Source: Armatimonadota bacterium
GTDB lineage: Bacteria > Armatimonadota > DTGP01 > JAKQQT01
DNA length: 64,000 nt
Reading direction: 5' to 3'
Assembly (NCBI GenBank): GCA_036504855.1
Contig: DASXUL010000031.1
Span: forward strand, 3,077 to 67,076
Positions 57,293-64,000 of the stretch are shown here, one piece after another. A program made the translations under genes and the position numbers. The stretch's first letter is position 1; each line of letters opens with the position of its first letter. The notes beneath the pieces are model-generated. The model had not been told where the DNA came from. It saw nothing but the letters and a program-made list of their open reading frames with translations, and did no database searches.

Positions 57293-58951
57293 TCACCGTT
57301 TGCGGTCCTGCACCACGATGGAGACCAGCAGCCAGAATCCCAGTGCCATGGCCAGGATGAAACCGATGCCGGCGACCATGGGGAAATCGCCGATGCTGGG
57401 GCCGATGTGGTACTGCATCGTCAGGGCGCTTCCCACGATGATGCCGGCGTCAATAATGCCAAACGCCACGCGGTTGGCTACCTTCTGCAGCCCCTCCACC
57501 AGCGTCTCCGTCTCATCGGTTACCACGCGCACCTGAAGGCGATTCTCGGAAAGCACGTCCAATAGACGGTTCACGCGCATGGGCGCGTACGTCAGCGTCT
57601 CCTCCCACTCGCCCCAGCTTCGGAAGGCGCGGCCGGGCGTGTTGGCGCGGATGCGGTCCTGCAACAGGGCGCTGGAGAGGTAGTCGCGCGTCACCGCCGC
57701 GAGGTCGAGGGACGGGTTGAGATGCTGGGCGATGCTCGACATGCTGAGCAGCGTCTTCCCGAGCAAGGTGGTGGTGCTAGGAACGAGGATGCGGCGCCGA
57801 AACGCCACCTGGGTCATCTGCAGCAACACGAGGCCCCCCATCGCCTCGGCCGGCGGCATATGCTGGTCGCGCGCCATCACGTGGCTCACCTCATTGCGAA
57901 AACCATCCACGTCGGCGTCATCGCGTAGCGTGGAGATGTCCAACAACGTCTCAGCCGCGTGGTAGGCATCTCCCTCCGCGTACGATATGAGCAACCGCAC
58001 GAATTCGGCGCGAGTCTTCTCATCCAGGTAGACCACCATGCCGAAGTCCATCAGAACGAGGCGGCCGTTCTCGTCCACTCGCACGTTGCCGGCGTGGGGG
58101 TCGCAGTGCACGGCTCCGTCGATGGCGATCTGCTTCAGATACGCTTCCACAAACTCGCGGGCCAGCGCGGCGGCATGGGCCTCGTGCCCCTGAGTCTGGT
58201 AGGCCGTCACTTTCAGCCCATCCACGCGCTCCATGGTGATCACGCGGCGCGAGGAAAGGTCGTCGTAGACCACCGGGATGCGGATCTGTTCGAACTCGCG
58301 AAGGTTCTTGGCGAAAAGGCGCATGGCGCCGGCCTCGATGCGGTAGTTCAACTCGTCCTGCAGGCTTGCGTCCAGTTCACGGACAACGCCGGGAAGGTCG
58401 TACAGGCGTCCCGCTTCGGAGTGCTCCGCCATCCAAGCGGCAAGCGAGTGCAGCAGGCTGAGGTCCTGCTGGATGGGATCGGCCACGCCAGGACGCTGGA
58501 CCTTCACGACAACGGGCTCTCCGGAATGGAGCACGGCATCGTGCACCTGCGCCAGCGACGCCGCCGCCCGCGGCTTCTCGCTGAACTCCGCGTACGCTTC
58601 CTTCAGCGTGAGGCCCAGTTCGTGTTCCACGATGCGCCTGACGTCCGCGAAGGGAACATGCTGAGCGTTATCCTGTAGTTTCCGCAGTTCCACAATGTAC
58701 TCGGGCGGCACGAGGTCCGGGCGGGTGGACAGGAATTGCCCCACCTTCACGAAGGTGGGGCCGAGTTCCTCCAGCGCATCCACGAGGCGGGACGCCTGGT
58801 TCGTGCGGGCGTCCTCGTCCTTGGGCATGGATGGCTTGAAGCCGAGCGCCGCTCCGAGGCCGGAGGCCACCACGAGATGGGTCAGACCGTGGCGGTTCAT
58901 CACGGCCGCAATCGCCGCTCCTCGCTTGATATGGCTGGGGCTCAAGAGCAT
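57293..58951 (-). CDS. ubiB: ABC1/UbiB-family atypical protein kinase
   Basis: FVKVGQFLSTRPDLVPPEYIVELRKLQD and ASLAQVHDAVL...GEPVVVKVQRPGV (ABC1 motifs); HCDPHAGNVRV catalytic loop; C-terminal TM. ATG at 58951. The ORF's extra 213 N-terminal codons are Arg/Gly-rich junk. Confidence 0.75.
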   Translation of the reverse strand: MLLSPSHIKRGAAIAAVMNRHGLTHLVVASGLGAALGFKPSMPKDEDARTNQASRLVDALEELGPTFVKVGQFLSTRPDLVPPEYIVELRKLQDNAQHVPFADVRRIVEHELGLTLKEAYAEFSEKPRAAASLAQVHDAVLHSGEPVVVKVQRPGVADPIQQDLSLLHSLAAWMAEHSEAGRLYDLPGVVRELDASLQDELNYRIEAGAMRLFAKNLREFEQIRIPVVYDDLSSRRVITMERVDGLKVTAYQTQGHEAHAAALAREFVEAYLKQIAIDGAVHCDPHAGNVRVDENGRLVLMDFGMVVYLDEKTRAEFVRLLISYAEGDAYHAAETLLDISTLRDDADVDGFRNEVSHVMARDQHMPPAEAMGGLVLLQMTQVAFRRRILVPSTTTLLGKTLLSMSSIAQHLNPSLDLAAVTRDYLSSALLQDRIRANTPGRAFRSWGEWEETLTYAPMRVNRLLDVLSENRLQVRVVTDETETLVEGLQKVANRVAFGIIDAGIIVGSALTMQYHIGPSIGDFPMVAGIGFILAMALGFWLLVSIVVQDRKR

Positions 58952-59433
58952 TGCGGCTCCGTTGGGACCGCGGCGGCGTCTACAGCCACCGCGCCCGCTT
59001 CTGCAAGGATGGCGGCGGCCTCCACCGCGCGGGAATCCTCTGCGCGAAGCAGCACGGCCGCGCCGCCCGCCCGCCCCAGGTCCTCCGCCTGCCGGGCCGT
59101 GAAACCGCCCCGGGTGAGCGCGCCCAGCACTCCCGCCACGGCGGCGGTGGTTGAGGCCAGCGACTCGCGCATGGCGGCGCCAAACGGCCCCGCGGCAAGG
59201 TCGCGTCCAATGAATGGGACGAACGAGAGGGCGCTGTCCGCGGCATCCATGGCCATTTCGCCAAGGCGCCGTCCGGCATCTCCCGCTCGGCCGGCATGTG
59301 GCCGCGAGCGGCCCGCCGGGTTGGCGTTCAACACAAAAGCGATGTCGTTCTCGGTGAAGCCCGCCTCGTGGAGCTTCCGGACAGCCGCTCGGGCAGCCTG
59401 ACCGGCCTCGAACACGCCGACCACCGTTTTCAT
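58942..59433 (-). CDS. General stress protein 17M / YflT-like domain protein
   Basis: MKTVVGVFEAGQAARAAVRKLHEAGFTENDIAFV matches the conserved YflT N-terminus. Overlaps the ubiB start by 10 nt. Confidence 0.5.
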   Translation of the reverse strand: MKTVVGVFEAGQAARAAVRKLHEAGFTENDIAFVLNANPAGRSRPHAGRAGDAGRRLGEMAMDAADSALSFVPFIGRDLAAGPFGAAMRESLASTTAAVAGVLGALTRGGFTARQAEDLGRAGGAAVLLRAEDSRAVEAAAILAEAGAVAVDAAAVPTEPQCS

Positions 59434-59559
59434 CGGCCGCCCTCCCGCGTTCGCCGCGGAATGCGGCGCCTGAAACTTGCCGCCGGCCTGCTGCCAGCGC
59501 GCTACCATGGAGGTGTATACCCAAGTGGCGGGCGATCACACCGTCCGGAGAAAGACGCC

Positions 59560-59799
59560 ATGACCCGAGAACCCGAGACACCCTGCACACCGGATTCCTG
59601 CTCGGCGCTCAGCAACCTGCGAGCCTCCGTGGACGCTTTCATGGCGGATCTGCTGGCTTCGGCCCTCGCCGTGAAGGCCGAACAGAACCTGGCCGGCAAC
59701 GCCGAGGCTTTCGACTACACCGTTTCCTTCCTCTCCGGCGTGTACCGCGCGTTGGCGCTGCAGGTGCGCGACATCACTATTGAGGCGATGGATGGCTAG
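59560..59799 (+). CDS. Hypothetical small protein (80 aa), translationally coupled to the downstream MFS transporter
   Basis: RBS ggaga upstream of ATG 59560. Balanced composition. Stop TAG overlaps the transporter start (ATGGCTAG). Confidence 0.35.
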   Translation: MTREPETPCTPDSCSALSNLRASVDAFMADLLASALAVKAEQNLAGNAEAFDYTVSFLSGVYRALALQVRDITIEAMDG

Positions 59800-61120
59800 C
59801 CTGCGGTCATCGCCGGCCGGCGCCGGCGAGGCAGGCCCGGAGGCGCAGCGCCTGCGCAGCCCGTTTGCCCCGCTGCGCCACCGGAATTACCGCCTGTTCT
59901 GGGCGGGGCAGCTCGTTTCCGTCACCGGTTCGTGGGTGCAGAGCGTTGCCCAGGGCTGGCTCATCGCCCGGCTGGCGGATCCTTCCGGAACCCACGGTGA
60001 GGCGGCGGCCGGTTGGTACCTCGGCCTCGTGGGCGCTGCCGGCACGCTGCCCGTGTTGTTCGGCGCCCTCTTCGGCGGCGTGGTGGCAGACCGCGTTGAG
60101 AAGCGCCGGCTCATCATGGCCACGCAGGCGGTGATGATGCTCTGCGCCTTCACGCTGGCCGCGCTGACATTCACGCACGTTGTGCGCATCTGGCACGTTA
60201 TGGCGCTCGCCGCCTGCCTCGGAACGGCCACCGCCTTCGACCTGCCCGCCCGTCAAGCCTTCGTGGTGGAGATGGTGGGGCGAGAGGACCTCAGCGGGGC
60301 CGTGGCTCTGAACTCCAGCCTGTTCAACGCCGCGCGGATGGTGGGCCCGGCCATCACGGGCGCACTGATGGCGGCTCGGGTGAGCCTGTCGGTGTGCTTT
60401 CTTCTGAACGGCCTCAGTTTCCTGGCAGTGATCTTCGGCCTTCGGCAGATGGTGTTGCCCCCAACGGAACGCGTGCAGATGGATGACAACGTGCTCTCCA
60501 CCATCATGGAGGGCATCGGCTACGCGCGCCACAATCGTTCCGTGCGGCGCATCCTGACCTTCGTTGCGGCCTTCGGCACGTTCGCGTTTTCGTTCAACGT
60601 TCTGCTTCCGGCCTTCGTGCGCTATTACATCGTGCCGGGCCTGCCGGAGGGCATCCAGGGCCGCTCCTACGGGCTGATCGAAAGCGTTCGCGGCGTGGGC
60701 GCCCTCGCCGGCGCGCTCACCATGGCGAGCCTCGCGCGGGGCGGCCAGCAGCGCAAGATGCTGGTGGCGGGCGCCATTGGCTCCTCGATCGGCCTTGTGG
60801 CCTTCTCGCTGACGCGCAGCGTCTTGAGCGCCTACGTGGTCATCATGCTCGTGGCCTACTGCTTCGTGTGCTGCTTCGCCTCGTGCCAGACGCTGATCCA
60901 GATGGAGGTCCCCAACGAGTTGCGCGGGCGCGTAATGAGCCTGTACGTGCTGCTCTTCACGGGCCTCACCCCCATCGGCAGCCTCACGGCGGGCAGCCTC
61001 GCCCGCCATTACGACGCTCCAACCGCCATGCGCGCCGGCGTCTACATTTCCCTGGTCATCCTGGCCGTTGCGGCGCTTGCCGAACTGCGACACCTGGCGA
61101 TGCGGAAGCGATTCGAGTAG
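59792..61120 (+). CDS. MFS transporter
   Basis: 12-TM pattern and an MFS signature-like GALFGGVVADRVEKRR between TM2 and TM3. The ORF opens at TTG 59780; first ATG is 59792. Confidence 0.7.
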   Translation: MASLRSSPAGAGEAGPEAQRLRSPFAPLRHRNYRLFWAGQLVSVTGSWVQSVAQGWLIARLADPSGTHGEAAAGWYLGLVGAAGTLPVLFGALFGGVVADRVEKRRLIMATQAVMMLCAFTLAALTFTHVVRIWHVMALAACLGTATAFDLPARQAFVVEMVGREDLSGAVALNSSLFNAARMVGPAITGALMAARVSLSVCFLLNGLSFLAVIFGLRQMVLPPTERVQMDDNVLSTIMEGIGYARHNRSVRRILTFVAAFGTFAFSFNVLLPAFVRYYIVPGLPEGIQGRSYGLIESVRGVGALAGALTMASLARGGQQRKMLVAGAIGSSIGLVAFSLTRSVLSAYVVIMLVAYCFVCCFASCQTLIQMEVPNELRGRVMSLYVLLFTGLTPIGSLTAGSLARHYDAPTAMRAGVYISLVILAVAALAELRHLAMRKRFE

Positions 61121-61177
61121 ACGCAACGCCCCAGCGAGTGAAGCCGCCGGGCTCAGTTGGCCCCACGGCCGGGCGTT

Positions 61178-62038
61178 TCAGCCGGCGGAGCCTTTGTCCT
61201 CAAAGACCGGCTCCTCGTCCGCGAAGGTCATCAGCTCGGCGGTCTCCGCCTCGGTGATCGGCCGGAAATCCTCGGCAAGCTCCACGGCAAGCTGAAAGAG
61301 CTCCCATTCGCCGGGAGGCAGGGCGGCCGTGACGGGTTGGCTGAGGGTCCAGCGGAGCGCGAGCTCCACAGGGCGGCGGTCAGACAGCGGCTCGTACCAT
61401 ACCTTCTTCCAGCGGCGTTCGGCGCCCTCGGGCCATTTCCCGTGGGCCATGGCCTTCAAGGCGAGGCGAGCAACGTTGCGGCGGGCCGCTTCGTCCAATA
61501 TGCGCGGGCCGAAATCGCCGGCGTTCCACGCGGCGAAGTTCACGGGAAACAGCACGCTGTCGAAGTTGAAACGGTCCATCGCCGCTACGGCGGCCTGTTG
61601 TGAGTGGGCGGAGAATCCCAGGTGTCGAACTTTCCCGCTTTCGCGCGCCTTCACGAAGGTCTCAATGGCCCCGCCGGGCCCGAAGACCTGCTCCACGTCC
61701 TCCTGCGTCGCCATCGCGTGAAGCTGATAGAGGTCGAAGCGGTCGGTGCGCATGGCGCGGAGCGAGTCCTCGAGAGCTTCGGCAGCGCCGGCCGCATCGC
61801 GCTTCTCCGTTTTGCACGCCAGGAACACGCCCTCACGATGGGGTTCCAGCGCCGGGCCCAGCAATTGCTGGGCATTCCCATAGGACGGCGCGATGTCGAA
61901 GTAGTTGACGCCCCGGTCCACGGCCCAGGCCACGCGCTCCGCGGCCTCCTGCTGCGTGGCATCCATCACCACGATCCCGCCGAACCCAACGATAGAGAGA
62001 TTCTCGCCTGTTGCCCCATATGGCCGTCTCGCCAGCAT
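61178..62038 (-). CDS. Aldo/keto reductase
   Basis: AKR motifs (GVNYFDIAPSYG, ...VRHLGFSAH...). ATG at 62038 with strong RBS aaggagg. The 9 extra ORF codons upstream are read from the hairpin repeat. Confidence 0.8.
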   Translation of the reverse strand: MLARRPYGATGENLSIVGFGGIVVMDATQQEAAERVAWAVDRGVNYFDIAPSYGNAQQLLGPALEPHREGVFLACKTEKRDAAGAAEALEDSLRAMRTDRFDLYQLHAMATQEDVEQVFGPGGAIETFVKARESGKVRHLGFSAHSQQAAVAAMDRFNFDSVLFPVNFAAWNAGDFGPRILDEAARRNVARLALKAMAHGKWPEGAERRWKKVWYEPLSDRRPVELALRWTLSQPVTAALPPGEWELFQLAVELAEDFRPITEAETAELMTFADEEPVFEDKGSAG

Positions 62039-62058
62039 ATTGGCCTCCTTGCATCCGG

Positions 62059-62172
62059 TAGTCATCAGTCATCAGTCGTCAGTGATCAGTCAGGAGGCTT
62101 GGGCCATGAGGATGGCCTCCGGTTGGGCCCAGCCTCCTGACTGACGACTGAAAACTGATGACTGATGACTGC
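62059..62172. repeat. Nested-palindrome intergenic element, copy 7, in a divergent promoter region
   Basis: tagtcatcagtcatcagtcgtcagtgatcagtcaggaggcttgggccatgaggatggcctccggttgggcccagcctcctgactgacgactgaaaactgatgactgatgactgc. Confidence 0.75.
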
Positions 62173-62263
62173 TCACTGATACCTCAATATGCCACGGCGG
62201 GCCGGGCGAATGCATCTGCGCCCAGGTTTACGGTCCCAACCGCGCGCGCGGCGTGGAAAGAAG

Positions 62264-63055
62264 ATGCAGAACAGATCCACCGAAAGGACTTCCGGCGTGC
62301 GTTTCCGGCATTTCATACTGTCTCCCGTGGCGGTCTTCGGCGTTGCCGCCCTCCTACCAGTGGCGCTCCAGGGCAATGGCGCCCCTGTGGTCTACGCGCA
62401 AGCGCCGGTTGCCGTGATCGCGGACGGCTGTGACATCCCACCCGGGAAGTTGGCGCGCATGGCCAGCCGCACCCTGACCGGAATTGAGGAACGCCTCAAC
62501 ATCCGCCTGCGGAAAGCGGACCTTACCGTGCGGGTTTGCGGCAACGATGCCGCCTACCAGCGGGCGGGCGGCCTCGGCAACACCGATGCCTGCTATCTGT
62601 GCCCCTCCACCATCGTGCTGCGCCGGCCGAGATCCCTCTCCGGCGACCTGGCCCACGAGTTCGCCCACGTGCTGATCCACGAACGCACGGCGGCCCGATG
62701 CCCGGCCTGGCTGGAAGAGGGAATCGTCAACCACGAGAACCACATCACCCCGGACGGGCAGTACACGGAGATCGAGCGGCAACGCCTCGATTCCGCCCTC
62801 CGCAACGCGGCGCGCGCAGATCGCAACTGGGACCTTGAGTCGCTCTGCCAGGCGGCCCAGGAAAGCCACACGATGGACGACGCCTTCTACGGCGCCGCCT
62901 GGTCCGCCTCGGAGAGCCTGTACCGAACCTACGGCCGAGAAGCGGTGCTCAAGGCGCTGGACGACATGGCGGCCTTCGGAGTGGACGGGGCCTTCCAGCG
63001 GCGCTTCGGCGTCAACGTGTCGCAGTTCGAGACCGCATGGAAGGCATCTCTCTAG
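62264..63055 (+). CDS. Secreted putative zinc metalloprotease (HEXXH)
   Basis: HEFAHVLIHE zincin motif. N-terminal signal/anchor FILSPVAVFGVAALLPVA. ATG at 62264. Confidence 0.5.
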   Translation: MQNRSTERTSGVRFRHFILSPVAVFGVAALLPVALQGNGAPVVYAQAPVAVIADGCDIPPGKLARMASRTLTGIEERLNIRLRKADLTVRVCGNDAAYQRAGGLGNTDACYLCPSTIVLRRPRSLSGDLAHEFAHVLIHERTAARCPAWLEEGIVNHENHITPDGQYTEIERQRLDSALRNAARADRNWDLESLCQAAQESHTMDDAFYGAAWSASESLYRTYGREAVLKALDDMAAFGVDGAFQRRFGVNVSQFETAWKASL

Positions 63056-63064
63056 GCCGTCCGC

Positions 63065-63694
63065 CTACTTGGGGAACTCCGTGCTGGGGCGTTCGCGCGA
63101 ATCGGCCGGCGCCTCGAAGTAAGGCTTTTCGCGCGGGAACGGCGTCATCCCGATGAACAACGTCATCGGGAAGGATTTGGCGGTTTCGTTATACGAGCGC
63201 ACGGCGTTGTTGTACTGCTCACGGGAGTGGGCGAGACGATTCTCGGAACCTTCCACGCTGTCTTGCAGAGTCAGGAAGCTATCGTTGCTCTTCAACTCCG
63301 GGTAAGCTTCCACCACCGAGTTGATGGCCGTGTTCACGGCGTTACTCAAGTCCTGGCTGGCCCGCGCTTTCTGGGGAGACGGGCCGGGGCCGGCGGCGTT
63401 CACGCGCGAGCGCGCATCCGCGATGCGGCCAAACACCTTCTCCTCGTGCCCCGCCACGCCCTTCACGACTCCCATCAGCTGAGGGATCAGGTCGCTGCGG
63501 CGCTGGAGGTTGTTGTCCACCTGCGCCCATGCCGACTTCACCTGCTGGTCCTGCTTCACCAGCGTGTTGTACGCGCCCTTGAACGAGCCGTAGACCGAGA
63601 GGGCGATCAGGCCCAGAACGGCCAGCGCGATGCAGCCAACCGCGCAGCCCTTCTTCGGCCTGCTGGCGGCGTATCCGGTGTCTTGGGTATCCAT
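63065..63694 (-). CDS. lemA: LemA family protein
   Basis: N-terminal TM, then QVKSAWAQVDNNLQRRSDLIPQL...EQYNNAVRSYNETAKSFPMTLF, matching the LemA conserved core. Confidence 0.8.
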   Translation of the reverse strand: MDTQDTGYAASRPKKGCAVGCIALAVLGLIALSVYGSFKGAYNTLVKQDQQVKSAWAQVDNNLQRRSDLIPQLMGVVKGVAGHEEKVFGRIADARSRVNAAGPGPSPQKARASQDLSNAVNTAINSVVEAYPELKSNDSFLTLQDSVEGSENRLAHSREQYNNAVRSYNETAKSFPMTLFIGMTPFPREKPYFEAPADSRERPSTEFPK

Positions 63695-63709
63695 CCGATC
63701 CCTCCTCGC

Positions 63710-64000
63710 CTACGCGTTGTCCCACTGGTCCACAACGGCCACGAGACACTCAACTGCGCTCAAGTAGCCGGCGAACACCGCATCCACGTCCGCCGGCTCG
63801 CCGCCGGCGTGGAGGTCCACCGCCGCTTGCAGGGCCGCGCCATTCAGGCCGCAGACGGCGGACACGGAGCGCATCACCTCCGCGCGGTCTGAGGGAGGCG
63901 TCTGCCCCACAAGGCGCAGCACCCCCTGAAACAGCGCGCGAAACGATGAAAGCGAGTCCGTGATCAGGTCCTGCACGGCGCGCGGATGGCCGGCGGCGCG
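63710..64000 (-). CDS. Hypothetical protein, 3' end only. The gene continues beyond the window.
   Basis: Open frame on the minus strand from the TAG at 63710-63712 to the window end. Confidence 0.3.
   Translation of the reverse strand, partial: RAAGHPRAVQDLITDSLSSFRALFQGVLRLVGQTPPSDRAEVMRSVSAVCGLNGAALQAAVDLHAGGEPADVDAVFAGYLSAVECLVAVVDQWDNA

Noticed and set aside
58952-59590. N-terminal 213 codons of ORF 57293..59590 (GTG start)
   Set aside because: Arg/Gly-rich extension upstream of the ABC1 kinase start. The region is better explained by the YflT-like gene on the same strand in another frame.
62039-62065. First 9 codons (MTTGCKEAN) of ORF 61178..62065
   Set aside because: Read from the hairpin-repeat element. 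The real start is ATG 62038 with RBS aaggagg.

Overview
High-GC (~68-70%) bacterial chromosomal segment with dense coding on both strands. Housekeeping genes include rpmI-rplT-pheS-pheT, the trxA/rdgB/rph cluster, pspA, tonB, class II nrdJ with putative NrdR boxes, queG, a pair of M16 peptidases, glcD-glcE...glcF, and recN-steA-mctB-like (a gene order known from Actinobacteria). Interspersed are secreted enzymes carrying a C-terminal dockerin or dockerin-like tail: a GH5-family hydrolase, a tandem beta-helix protein and a 1679-aa S8 protease. Also present are a DUF2961-like gene, a GHL10-like secreted protein and a TonB/PspA neighbourhood. Main non-genic signal is a family of at least 7 intergenic nested-palindrome elements (100-145 bp) whose arms are tandem heptamers (TCAGTCA / CAGCAAT / CAGCTAT variants); each fills the spacer between adjacent genes, in tandem, convergent and divergent contexts. 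Three further loci look noteworthy: a minus-strand operon (6717-11108) encoding an APH-fold kinase, an unknown protein, a SUKH-SUKH-methyltransferase fusion and a membrane protein; a lower-GC islet (about 32.8-34.9 kb) with an AbiJ-NTD/HEPN-like gene, a 32-bp perfect inverted repeat and a disordered protein; and glcDEF interrupted by an antisense beta-helix gene, flanked by a perfect 22-bp palindromic terminator. No rRNA, tRNA or CRISPR array was recognised by eye. Many long antisense or alternative-frame ORFs are GC artefacts and were rejected. All functional calls come from motif and domain recognition in the translations and carry no database confirmation.
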